A stretch of DNA of 64,000 nucleotides from a virus (Duplodnaviria > Caudoviricetes), in the IMG/VR virus record IMGVR_UViG_3300027974_001530. The stretch is one strand, 5' to 3'. Below the pieces are notes generated by a model. The model made no database searches. It was given only the letters and a program-made list of their open reading frames with translations, and was not told the DNA's origin. Of the stretch, positions 18,164 to 26,865 are shown in pieces. Numbering within the stretch: the first letter of the stretch is position 1; each line of letters opens with the position of its first letter. The position numbers and the translations under genes are program-made.

Positions 18164-19429
18164 TTAAAAATATTTTTTAGATTGTTTTTGTCTGTGGAAT
18201 TTAATGGCAAATCTGTGTACTTCTTCTTGTATTTTACCAAAAAGTGTAAAGTTCTTATAATCCTTTATGTTAAATTCCGTACCGTCTATCTTATGAATAA
18301 CTGAAGACTTATGGTTAGAGTCCTTAGATATTGAAATTAAATCTATCTTATCAGTTAAATTAAGTTTTTCAAACACTCTTTTTGCAACACCTAATTGTCC
18401 TTTACCCCCATCAATTAAAATAAGATCAGGTAGTTTTTGTTTTTCATCAATAAGTCTTTTTAGTCTTCTTTGTAAGATCTCATCAAAAGATGCGTAGTCA
18501 TCAATACCAACAAAACTTTTAATATTGTATTTACGATACTCAGATTTTAATGGAACACCATCATCAAACCTAACCGAAGCCGCAACATTAGAATCTCCTT
18601 GGTTATGTGAATTATCAAAAGCCTCAATAACCTGCGGTATATTTTTCAGATTTAAAATATCCTTTATTTCAAAGATATTTTTTTTGCGTTTCTGAATTCT
18701 TATTACCTCTAACTTATTATCAATTGTTTCCAATACTGTAAGTTTCGATAATATAGTCTGAGCTTTTTCATATTCCGTATTATTTGAATAATGTTTCATT
18801 AATTTTTTTATCTTTGACTTTAATCCATCCAAATCAAGAGAAAGAACTTTTTTAACGTCACGAACTATTTCATTATAGTAAAACTTTTTAATACCATTTA
18901 CGCAAGGGGCATTACATCTACCAAGATGAAATTCTAAACAATTTTTAAATTTTTCTTTTAGAATATTTTCTTCTGTAAGATCGTAAGAACAACTACGAAG
19001 TTCAAAGATATCATGAATAAGATCATATACTTCACGACACAACATTCCTGAAGTAAAATCAAGACTTACTCTATCGTCTTGTTTATCTCTTACTATTTCA
19101 AGTTTAGGAAATTCTTCGTCCGTAAAACATAAGGACCATTTTCTAGTCTTATCATCTTTACCCTTGATATTAAACTTTGGTTTGTATAGTTTAATTAATT
19201 CTTCTTCAAGGATTATTGCCTCTTGTTCTGATGAGGTAATTTTAAACTCAACATCGTGAATGTTCTCAACGAGGGTTTTTGTTTTACCAGTTTGATTTTT
19301 TTGGAAATAAGAGGAGACTCTTTTTGGTAAGAACTTTGACATACCAACATAAATTATTTGCCCTTTGTTGTTTTTAAACAAATAGCAACCTGAATTTTTT
19401 GGTATGTCCTTAAGTCTTTCTAAAATCAT
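18164..19429 (-). CDS. uvrC: UvrC-like excinuclease (GIY-YIG + UVR + RNase H-like), no obvious C-terminal HhH
   Basis: GCYLF...IIYVG...RVSSYF; IEAFDNSH; PDLILIDGGKGQL; EEVHRFA; start moved to MILERLK. Confidence 0.85.
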   Translation of the reverse strand: MILERLKDIPKNSGCYLFKNNKGQIIYVGMSKFLPKRVSSYFQKNQTGKTKTLVENIHDVEFKITSSEQEAIILEEELIKLYKPKFNIKGKDDKTRKWSLCFTDEEFPKLEIVRDKQDDRVSLDFTSGMLCREVYDLIHDIFELRSCSYDLTEENILKEKFKNCLEFHLGRCNAPCVNGIKKFYYNEIVRDVKKVLSLDLDGLKSKIKKLMKHYSNNTEYEKAQTILSKLTVLETIDNKLEVIRIQKRKKNIFEIKDILNLKNIPQVIEAFDNSHNQGDSNVAASVRFDDGVPLKSEYRKYNIKSFVGIDDYASFDEILQRRLKRLIDEKQKLPDLILIDGGKGQLGVAKRVFEKLNLTDKIDLISISKDSNHKSSVIHKIDGTEFNIKDYKNFTLFGKIQEEVHRFAIKFHRQKQSKKYF

Positions 19430-19450
19430 ATCACAAAGATACAATTTTTT

Positions 19451-19696
19451 TTAGATACTATCAAATAATTTTTCGGGATCTGTGTACATAGTTCCACATT
19501 GGATACAAACTAAAATGTCCAAAGGTTTTACTTTATTTCCATCAATTCTTCTTACACTTTGGATTTTTATTTTATTGTTTTCTCTACAAGAAGGACAATT
19601 CATTAGATCAATCTTTAATACTTCTTCTTGCTCGTTTTCTTGAGTCTCTTGGTTTAATTCTTCATTTTGATTTTCAGGGGTAATGTTTTCTTCCAT
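19451..19696 (-). CDS. zinc-ribbon hypothetical protein
   Basis: CPSC...CIQC. Confidence 0.7.
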   Translation of the reverse strand: MEENITPENQNEELNQETQENEQEEVLKIDLMNCPSCRENNKIKIQSVRRIDGNKVKPLDILVCIQCGTMYTDPEKLFDSI

Positions 19697-19699
19697 TTT

Positions 19700-19927
19700 T
19701 TAATTTTTAAAGGTGTTATTTATTTCCACAAGTTCTTTACGTTTTAAAGTAATCTTATATTCTAAATCAACAATATAAGGTAAGGATATCATATCATCAT
19801 AATCACACTTACTCATTTGTGTTTTGAAATTTTTTATCAGTTTTTCACAAGTAGTTATTTGATCCCAAGTATTACAGGACTTAATAACCTTTTCTATCCA
19901 TTTTTTTGTTTTACTAAAATCTGTCAT
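19700..19927 (-). CDS. hypothetical protein
   Basis: ORF track. Confidence 0.7.
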   Translation of the reverse strand: MTDFSKTKKWIEKVIKSCNTWDQITTCEKLIKNFKTQMSKCDYDDMISLPYIVDLEYKITLKRKELVEINNTFKN

Positions 19928-19930
19928 TTA

Positions 19931-20308
19931 TTAATAATTTATAAATACACAATTCTCTAATTCATAAAGGTGATTTCTTCCTCTTGTCGATCTTACATAT
20001 AAATTTACTATATGTCCATATATTTCAAACTTTTTACGTTCTTCACCTTCTTTAACTGGTTTTAATGATTCCTTAAAATTGGTATGAATTCCCATTATTG
20101 TTTCAACATTTTTAACTTTGTCTGTCCAGTTGGATAACCCATACTTACCGTTATATCTAAACTCTTTACCTATGAGTGATGACAAATCAAAACAATAGTT
20201 ATCATCCTTGTTATCGGATATTAATGGATTTTTTTTACCTGTTAATTCCTCATAGTACGGATTTAACTCACCGGTATATGGATCATGTGTAGGTATTTCT
20301 GTTTTCAT
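19931..20308 (-). CDS. hypothetical protein
   Basis: ORF track. Confidence 0.7.
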   Translation of the reverse strand: MKTEIPTHDPYTGELNPYYEELTGKKNPLISDNKDDNYCFDLSSLIGKEFRYNGKYGLSNWTDKVKNVETIMGIHTNFKESLKPVKEGEERKKFEIYGHIVNLYVRSTRGRNHLYELENCVFINY

Positions 20309-20493
20309 TATTTATAAAGATTATATAAACTATTTGCAATTAACTTTAATTCTCTTTCAAGTTGTGCAATTTTTTTTCTATCTTCTTCTAAAGTGGTTTC
20401 AGTACTAGCTGCTCTTATTTCAGAAACCTCATTTAATATAAGTCTATGGGTATTCATTAATTTACCCTGTAATATTTTTTTATCTTCACTCAT
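20308..20493 (-). CDS. small coiled-coil protein
   Basis: ORF track. Confidence 0.7.
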   Translation of the reverse strand: MSEDKKILQGKLMNTHRLILNEVSEIRAASTETTLEEDRKKIAQLERELKLIANSLYNLYK

Positions 20494-20512
20494 GTTTTTT
20501 ATTTATTTTTTA

Positions 20513-20761
20513 TCATTTAACTATTGCCAGTGTGAGTTGATTTATTAAAGTTTGTAACTCACCAAATTCGTGGAATCTTACTGATGGATCCGTATTAAAA
20601 AACTCAACATACCAATTCCCTTCTTTTATTTCCTCGTTAGTTGGTGTAATGAATGTCAACCCATCAACAATGTCCAACACGTAGTAATAAGAGTCATCTT
20701 CATCGTGCTCTTCTATTAGTTCACTTTTAAATCCTAAAAGGATTAGTTCTTTTTCTGTCAT
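20513..20761 (-). CDS. hypothetical protein
   Basis: ORF track. Confidence 0.7.
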   Translation of the reverse strand: MTEKELILLGFKSELIEEHDEDDSYYYVLDIVDGLTFITPTNEEIKEGNWYVEFFNTDPSVRFHEFGELQTLINQLTLAIVK

Positions 20762-20773
20762 ATTATTTATTTT

Positions 20774-21025
20774 TTAATGTGTTCCATTTGTTAAACTTAC
20801 CCCATGTTTAAAACCGTGAATAAAATCGGTTATATCCTCATCAGTCATATCTTTAAATGTCAATCCAACAACAACACCAATTTCATTACCAAGATCCAAA
20901 ATATCACCTGTATAGTTCATTCTGTTAACGGTTTCTTTTAATGAGTTTGCAATGTAATTAAGTTTTGTGTTATCAAATTCCCTACTCATATTATTTAGTT
21001 TCAATAATTGTGTATGTTCCTTCAA
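20774..21025 (-). CDS. hypothetical protein (start probably downstream, MSREFD)
   Basis: ORF track. Confidence 0.65.
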   Translation of the reverse strand: MKEHTQLLKLNNMSREFDNTKLNYIANSLKETVNRMNYTGDILDLGNEIGVVVGLTFKDMTDEDITDFIHGFKHGVSLTNGTH

Positions 21026-21254
21026 TTACTCCCCAAGAAGATTCTTCGTGAAATTTATAAATCTGACAAGAATCTTGTGGTGACATTTCTCTTGTCAAAT
21101 ACCAAACTTGGGTTTCCTTCCAAGTAACATTAATTAATTTTTGTCCTTTTGGTAATGTAATTGTTCCGTCTCCGCCCCAACTTTTTACTCTACTGTTTTC
21201 TGTACAAGATGTTACCATAACACCCAACATAATTGCCAATAATACTTTCTTCAT
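20991..21254 (-). CDS. putative lipoprotein
   Basis: MKK + hydrophobic stretch + VTSC lipobox. Confidence 0.7.
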   Translation of the reverse strand: MKKVLLAIMLGVMVTSCTENSRVKSWGGDGTITLPKGQKLINVTWKETQVWYLTREMSPQDSCQIYKFHEESSWGVIEGTYTIIETK

Positions 21255-21265
21255 TTTACTATTTT

Positions 21266-21496
21266 TTATTTAAATCTATTATCTTTTAAAACATAAGGTG
21301 GATTAATTCTTACCTCAGATCCGTCACTATTAAAGTAATATGCGGTATCACCATCAAAACTAATTGTATCTGTATACCAAATAGCCGGATGAGGACCTTT
21401 ATTGGTAATAACACTACCTTTTATTTTATACCTATAATCGTTTCTTCCACAGGAAACTACGAGTAATACTATAAGAACACTAATTAACTTTTTCAT
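21266..21496 (-). CDS. putative lipoprotein
   Basis: MKK + hydrophobic stretch + VVSC lipobox. Confidence 0.7.
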   Translation of the reverse strand: MKKLISVLIVLLVVSCGRNDYRYKIKGSVITNKGPHPAIWYTDTISFDGDTAYYFNSDGSEVRINPPYVLKDNRFK

Positions 21497-21686
21497 CTTT
21501 CATTATTTTATCTGTAAACATATTATTTTCAGGATCATGTTTCCCTAAGTTATATGTTGTAAATGTACCATTTTCAAAGTATATTCTCAACATTAGATAA
21601 CCTAATTCAGAAACATAAATTTTATCAACAGTACCTAATCCTTTAAGGGTTTCTATTAGAACCGGATCTTTCATATTATTCAACAA
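21480..21686 (-). CDS. hypothetical protein
   Basis: ORF track. Confidence 0.7.
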   Translation of the reverse strand: MLNNMKDPVLIETLKGLGTVDKIYVSELGYLMLRIYFENGTFTTYNLGKHDPENNMFTDKIMKDEKVN

Positions 21687-22032
21687 TTATTTTTACTTTT
21701 TTGGTTGGTGCAAATGATACTCCCCAATCTTTTTTTACTTCTTCTTTACTTTCTTCTTCATCTATTTGACAAAACCATTGATTTTGTTCGATTATTACCA
21801 TTTCTTGATCTGTTATGTCAAGTTGTTCAGGTAAAGCGACAATTTTAAATGCCTTTGTTAGTGATAATTTTGAATCAATAATTAAGTTCAGGACTTGTTC
21901 GTTTTCACATTTAACCACACTTGGGAATTCTCCTCCTACGGTAACAACCGCATTGTCCCCTACTTTTATTGGATCAGCGGAAACTAAATAAGTTTTTTGA
22001 TCTATGTTGAATAATCTTACTGTTTTTTTCAT
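21676..22032 (-). CDS. hypothetical protein
   Basis: ORF track. Confidence 0.7.
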   Translation of the reverse strand: MKKTVRLFNIDQKTYLVSADPIKVGDNAVVTVGGEFPSVVKCENEQVLNLIIDSKLSLTKAFKIVALPEQLDITDQEMVIIEQNQWFCQIDEEESKEEVKKDWGVSFAPTKKVKIIVE

Positions 22033-22335
22033 TTATTTTTTATTATATACGTATTTATGGTTGTAGTTTCCGCATTGATCGCAAGATGTTCCTTCATCGG
22101 ATTCTTCAACATTATATTCATATTCATCAGACAAATTAACAATAATTTCGGCAATCACAGTCCAATCATTCATCCCCATTCCACCTTTTAATTCGTGTAG
22201 TCTTGAGATTAACTCATCTTGTATGTCCTCAACTACCTTTGGATCTCTATTGTCGTATTCGTGTATGAACAAAGACTCTCCATCAATTTCTACATCAGGA
22301 CCAAAACAATTTTCCTTTAAAATAATTTCTTTCAT
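22033..22335 (-). CDS. hypothetical protein
   Basis: ORF track. Confidence 0.7.
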   Translation of the reverse strand: MKEIILKENCFGPDVEIDGESLFIHEYDNRDPKVVEDIQDELISRLHELKGGMGMNDWTVIAEIIVNLSDEYEYNVEESDEGTSCDQCGNYNHKYVYNKK

Positions 22336-22712
22336 TTTTTAAAGTTTAATAAAATACCAACTTCTTGGTTTTTTGTTTCCGTTATCGGTCCCCATTCGCC
22401 TTTATAGGTAATACCTCTTACTGGTTTATTATCAATCCAAACATATTCTTCATCCTCTAAACATCTTGGTTTATCTGTAATCAAGTCATGAAACTTGAAT
22501 CCGTGTCTCCATAACCAAGCAAGAGTGGTCCCTTTATCTTTATACTCTCTAGCGGTAAAAAAAACAATTTTGTTTCCTTCATCGTAAAGTTTATTTATCT
22601 CTTCCTTGGATCCTTCGTATGGTTTTGCAATTGAGTATAGATCACTATCCTCGTTTTTTATGTCATCACATACCGTTCCGTCAATATCAATCAAATAAAC
22701 TCTTTTTTTCAT
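22332..22712 (-). CDS. HAD-superfamily phosphatase-like protein
   Basis: IDIDGTV, FFTAR, WIDNK. Confidence 0.8.
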   Translation of the reverse strand: MKKRVYLIDIDGTVCDDIKNEDSDLYSIAKPYEGSKEEINKLYDEGNKIVFFTAREYKDKGTTLAWLWRHGFKFHDLITDKPRCLEDEEYVWIDNKPVRGITYKGEWGPITETKNQEVGILLNFKK

Positions 22713-23023
22713 AAACTTAAATTATTCATAAAACTCATATCTAAAATATAATCTTTTAAATTTTTTACTAAAGATTCTGCATCACTTTTTTCATACATAC
22801 CAGGGTATCTTTCAGCAAGTTTGTTTGTTTCCTCCATATCACGACAACTATTTAATATATCCTGCAACATAGATTTTAACATATGTTCCTTACTATAATT
22901 GTCCTCAATGTTTTTTTCAAACACCTTACCTTCAAGTTCTTGAGTATATTCTATTAACTCATCAACAGGAGTTAGATCCATTAGATGTTCATTATTTTTG
23001 AATATTTGTCTTATATTTTTCAT
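22709..23023 (-). CDS. hypothetical protein
   Basis: ORF track. Confidence 0.7.
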   Translation of the reverse strand: MKNIRQIFKNNEHLMDLTPVDELIEYTQELEGKVFEKNIEDNYSKEHMLKSMLQDILNSCRDMEETNKLAERYPGMYEKSDAESLVKNLKDYILDMSFMNNLSL

Positions 23024-23204
23024 TTAAAAAATTTTATAGTTCCCAAATACTTTTTTTTTATTAGGGAATTTATAATAAAACCATAACATTACTTTTAATA
23101 TCTGTCTTATATTTTTCATTTAAAAAATTTTATAGTTCCCAAATACTTTTTTTTTATTAGGGAATTTATAATAAAACCATAACATTACTTTTAATATCTG
23201 TCTT
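23007..23204. repeat. perfect 96-bp tandem duplication (2 copies) carrying a ~30-aa micro-ORF
   Basis: TGTC anchors at 23007, 23103 and 23199; copies identical on reading; micro-ORFs 23120..23209 (GTG start) and 23024..23119. Confidence 0.9.
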
Positions 23205-23205
23205 T

Positions 23206-23556
23206 TCACTTCCAAAGTAGTTGTATTATTAATATCATAAATGATAAAAATAAACAAACGTATGTTTTTGTTGTTAGAGGTTCACTAAATACCGCCCAAC
23301 TTAACCACGTAAATACCATTGCCCCTATACTAAAACCTATTAATCTGGAGGGCCACATTTCACCACCAAACGCAGAAATCATATTTTTTACTGAAAACAT
23401 AAATAACATAGATATTGGTATACCTGTTAATACTGTCAACCAATAGTGATCTTTAATCCAATCAAATTTTAGTTGTCCTTGTAGTTGAAAAAATGTTAGT
23501 ATCTGAGCCAAACCCCCAAAAACAATACCGATTAAAAGATTATTTATATTTACCAT
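23206..23556 (-). CDS. small 4-TM membrane protein (DMT/SMR-like size)
   Basis: Four hydrophobic segments in 116 aa. Confidence 0.7.
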   Translation of the reverse strand: MVNINNLLIGIVFGGLAQILTFFQLQGQLKFDWIKDHYWLTVLTGIPISMLFMFSVKNMISAFGGEMWPSRLIGFSIGAMVFTWLSWAVFSEPLTTKTYVCLFLSFMILIIQLLWK

Positions 23557-23744
23557 ATTTTAATTACCTCAATTATTCTTTTAAAAAAAGTTTTTAATTT
23601 ATTATTTTTTTTTATTTCTTTTTTTGAAAATCTTCCATGATTACCCATACTATCGTAATCAGCACAATCCATATACGCCATTGGTGACGGCATATCGCTA
23701 TATTCGCACCACAAATCTTCTTTATTTATTTTTTTATTTTTCAT
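23550..23744 (-). CDS. hypothetical protein
   Basis: ORF track. Confidence 0.65.
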   Translation of the reverse strand: MKNKKINKEDLWCEYSDMPSPMAYMDCADYDSMGNHGRFSKKEIKKNNKLKTFFKRIIEVIKIW

Positions 23745-24319
23745 CCTAAGTAGTTTAAAATCTTTTCTTTAACTCCTGATTGTTTAATACCTTCATTTGA
23801 TTTTGGTGTTAATACAAAATTATCAATTGCCCATTCATCCTTCCAAGGCTCCCCAATCTTACCCATATTTAAATCATCTATAGAAACCCAGTGAGTTATT
23901 TCAGGGTGATCGTGAAGATATTGTTTAATTTCAATAGTTCGTAATTGTTCTGACTCCCATCGTGGTGACCACATAAATAAATTACCATGAACCGTACAAT
24001 GTTGTATGTTAGGTGTCAAAGCAATTGGTCGTTTGATAATACCCTGACTTTCGTAGTAATCTCCAAGTTCTTCAAGAGTTGCGTGTAATTTCCAATCTGA
24101 ACTTACAACAATTTCAGCTCCCGTTTCTTCAAGTATCTCATTAAGTACCTTAATAGCCTTTGTGTCAAAATCATCAAAACGATATTCAACAGGTGAGTCT
24201 TTTTTTTCTTTACTACCATCAGGGTTTTCACTACGGTATTTTGCCCATTTCTTAGTTCGTCCACCCCAATTGTTGGAGAGACATATAACTCCGTCGTTGT
24301 CTAAAAATATAACCTTCAT
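23741..24319 (-). CDS. HAD domain protein (HAD_SAK_2, RNA-repair-associated type)
   Basis: FLDNDGVI, IVVSSDWK, WVSIDD. Confidence 0.8.
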   Translation of the reverse strand: MKVIFLDNDGVICLSNNWGGRTKKWAKYRSENPDGSKEKKDSPVEYRFDDFDTKAIKVLNEILEETGAEIVVSSDWKLHATLEELGDYYESQGIIKRPIALTPNIQHCTVHGNLFMWSPRWESEQLRTIEIKQYLHDHPEITHWVSIDDLNMGKIGEPWKDEWAIDNFVLTPKSNEGIKQSGVKEKILNYLG

Positions 24320-24324
24320 AGATA

Positions 24325-24356
24325 CAAATATAATAAAAAAATTTTGATTTTACAAA
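24325..24356 (-). promoter_or_regulatory. Bacteroidota-type sigma-70 promoter
   Basis: Minus strand TTTG (24353-24356), 20-nt spacer, TATATTTG (24325-24332). Confidence 0.7.
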
Positions 24357-24364
24357 TAAAATAA

Positions 24365-24967
24365 TTACGAATGTTTTTCGTTATAACTTTTTGCCTTTTT
24401 AAAATACTCCTTTGCGGACATTTTAACTATTTTTGGGTATTCGTTTAAATACCAAGATATTACCTGATCTAAAGTTTTAAACTCAATGTCACTCATATCG
24501 TATGTGAATTCAAGATGAAATTCATCTTCTTCAATATAATTATTATCAGGTTCTTTCCAATCACCTCTCGTATAGTATTCAAAACGAAAACTAATTATCA
24601 TTGACCGCCTACTTGAACATAAAAATGGTTGAGCGTATCCATAAGTAGTTTCTACAACCTCAGACCCATTAATAATTGATGTATTCCAATGAAATCCATT
24701 ACCATCATACTCTTCATTTGTTATTTCTATTTCATCAACTTTTAATATTTCTGGTATATCTTTAGTTTGAAAAATGTAATAAAACATTATCTCAGTTAGT
24801 TCTTGACAACTAAAGTTATTTCCATTTTTTGGTTTTAAAAAAATCTTAGCTGCAGATAAAGGTAATTTAAATCCCCTTAATGTTTCATAATAACCAACAT
24901 TATCTGACATTTTAATTAGTTGTTTTGATATATCATTTGCTTGTGATTCATTAAGAATATATTTCAT
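24365..24967 (-). CDS. hypothetical protein, MKYILNESQ leader
   Basis: ORF track; TATTTAT at 24972-24978. Confidence 0.8.
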   Translation of the reverse strand: MKYILNESQANDISKQLIKMSDNVGYYETLRGFKLPLSAAKIFLKPKNGNNFSCQELTEIMFYYIFQTKDIPEILKVDEIEITNEEYDGNGFHWNTSIINGSEVVETTYGYAQPFLCSSRRSMIISFRFEYYTRGDWKEPDNNYIEEDEFHLEFTYDMSDIEFKTLDQVISWYLNEYPKIVKMSAKEYFKKAKSYNEKHS

Positions 24968-24990
24968 AACAATAAATATGGTATTAAATT

Positions 24991-25015
24991 AAAAACCCCA
25001 CTTAGATGGAGTTTT
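24991..25015. terminator. hairpin terminator
   Basis: AAAAACCCCACTTAGATGGAGTTTT; similar hairpins at ~2106, ~40350 and ~60611. Confidence 0.5.
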
Positions 25016-25565
25016 ATATAACTTCATGGGCTTTTAAAGACCAAGGATCAAAAAAATTATTAACATCACAAACCATAATCTCATTAGTCTTGGCGTTGTA
25101 ATATAAATCACCATTATTTATTGGTTCCAATAATTTTGTCAAATATGTTTTTCCTTGGTATTCAATATATAGTTTTTCGTCTCTATGATTTTCACATAAA
25201 GTATAAACCCAACCTTTAATTCTATTTTGTTCTCCCGGTTCTCCACAAACTTCACAAACAGAAAATGTTTCTTTTTCCGCTTCCACCACAAAGTAAAACC
25301 CATTTTCTGGTAGGTTATCCAAAAATATGCTCATACCGCCAAATTTTTGTTTAACGTTAATAAAACTTTTGTCCCATCCCATTTTTATTAGTACATCAAA
25401 AAGTCTTTGGAGGATCCCTAACCATCCATTTTCAACACCAAATCGTTTTCTTTCTGTTATTGGTTCCAAGTGTGGTTTATGTGAAATTTTTATACCACCA
25501 ATATTTTTCAAAAAGTTTTCAAATTCCTGATCTGTCCTGTGATTATCATTCATTCTTACCCCCAT
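25014..25565 (-). CDS. hypothetical protein with CxxC...C..H zinc motif
   Basis: VKQKFGG, CEVCGEPG, GWVYTLCENH. Confidence 0.75.
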   Translation of the reverse strand: MGVRMNDNHRTDQEFENFLKNIGGIKISHKPHLEPITERKRFGVENGWLGILQRLFDVLIKMGWDKSFINVKQKFGGMSIFLDNLPENGFYFVVEAEKETFSVCEVCGEPGEQNRIKGWVYTLCENHRDEKLYIEYQGKTYLTKLLEPINNGDLYYNAKTNEIMVCDVNNFFDPWSLKAHEVI

Positions 25566-25974
25566 TTTTTCTTTCTATTTTAACCATGGTTAAAGCGTTT
25601 GTCAATATCCAATAATTGTCCCAAAAACCACCTCTATCATCAAGGAATATATTAGCGTATATCTTACCATTTACGCCATATGGTTTATCCCATTCAGGAT
25701 GCATTTTATTTACTCCGTGTACGGTGATCCCAAGTTCTTCAACTTGTTCTTTTGCTTTTTCTAATTGGTATTCACTTCTTGCGGTATTGATTAAAAATAT
25801 AATACCTTCCTTTTGGCATTCCAAAATTAAATCAACCATTTTTTTACAGTTGTCTTTAATTTCTTCATTATAAGGAATAATTGTATCATCAAGATCACAA
25901 CCAATTATAATTTTACCATTTTTTAACCATTCGGTAACTAACCTATTTGTGTAAAAGTTTACGTGATGTCTCAT
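25546..25974 (-). CDS. HAD-like phosphatase
   Basis: GCDLDDTI, INTAR, FLDDRGG. Confidence 0.75.
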   Translation of the reverse strand: MRHHVNFYTNRLVTEWLKNGKIIIGCDLDDTIIPYNEEIKDNCKKMVDLILECQKEGIIFLINTARSEYQLEKAKEQVEELGITVHGVNKMHPEWDKPYGVNGKIYANIFLDDRGGFWDNYWILTNALTMVKIERKNGGKNE

Positions 25975-26124
25975 TTAATCAATTTTAATAACGCCCATAA
26001 TTCTTAATTGTGCAAGTAATGCACAACCCCAACCTCCACTGGCAATCCAATTCTCTAATACAATACACATTCCAACGTTTAATACATAAAGTATTGCCAA
26101 AAATGTTTCAATTTTTCTATTCAT
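25975..26124 (-). CDS. 49-aa hydrophobic microprotein (MNRKIETFLAILYVLNVGMC...)
   Basis: Manual translation; fills the gap exactly. Confidence 0.55.
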   Translation of the reverse strand: MNRKIETFLAILYVLNVGMCIVLENWIASGGWGCALLAQLRIMGVIKID

Positions 26125-26127
26125 AAT

Positions 26128-26661
26128 TTAAAGATAATGTTTATTTTCTTCGAACCAAAGTTCTTTTATTTTTTTGACCGATATTTTTTCTTTTGTCGTA
26201 TCACAAACCAATTCTTTAATACCAACAGATTCTAATTTTTTATCCCATTCAATACAGGACTCTATATTATCGTAATTAAAATTCCATTCATGTTTGAATA
26301 CTTTACTGTTATTCAATGCCTTTTCTATCGGTAATAAAACATTTAAAGCCTTTAAAGTTTTCTTAAAGTCTTCCACCGATTTCCATTTTTTATGTAAACC
26401 TTTTTTGTGTATATATAAAACAATATTACTCATTCCAATCAGGTGATCATCCGTTTCCTTTTCCATATTCTCAACATGGAATGGTAATTTTGATTTAACC
26501 TCTTTAACGTTATTATCAAATATAATAGGGTTTCTTAACATTGTAGCACAAGTCTCCAAAATTTGATGGTTATCATTAAAGTCCTCAGTTAATGAATCCA
26601 TAACTGACATCAATCTTCTAACACATTGATATCTATTTTCCCATTCTTCTTTAGTCCTCAT
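26128..26661 (-). CDS. hypothetical protein
   Basis: ORF track. Confidence 0.7.
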   Translation of the reverse strand: MRTKEEWENRYQCVRRLMSVMDSLTEDFNDNHQILETCATMLRNPIIFDNNVKEVKSKLPFHVENMEKETDDHLIGMSNIVLYIHKKGLHKKWKSVEDFKKTLKALNVLLPIEKALNNSKVFKHEWNFNYDNIESCIEWDKKLESVGIKELVCDTTKEKISVKKIKELWFEENKHYL

Positions 26662-26857
26662 TTGTATTTTCTATTAATGTTTCTTCCTTTATTAATTTAA
26701 CACTACCCATAGTTTTTGAGTAATATTCTTCAAGATCATAACCACTTTTACCACAGTCACATATTTGCATGTCCCAACGTCTATTTGAGAATGACTCGTG
26801 TTGTGTTTTACATTCACCACATTCCCAAGTTACTTTTTTATATGTATTATTTTTCAT
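26651..26857 (-). CDS. zinc-ribbon hypothetical protein
   Basis: CGEC...CDCG. Confidence 0.7.
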   Translation of the reverse strand: MKNNTYKKVTWECGECKTQHESFSNRRWDMQICDCGKSGYDLEEYYSKTMGSVKLIKEETLIENTNED

Positions 26858-26865
26858 TCTTTATT

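Noticed and set aside
23007-23204. Possible CRISPR array
   Set aside because: The whole 96-bp unit is duplicated with no unique spacers, and no cas genes are present.
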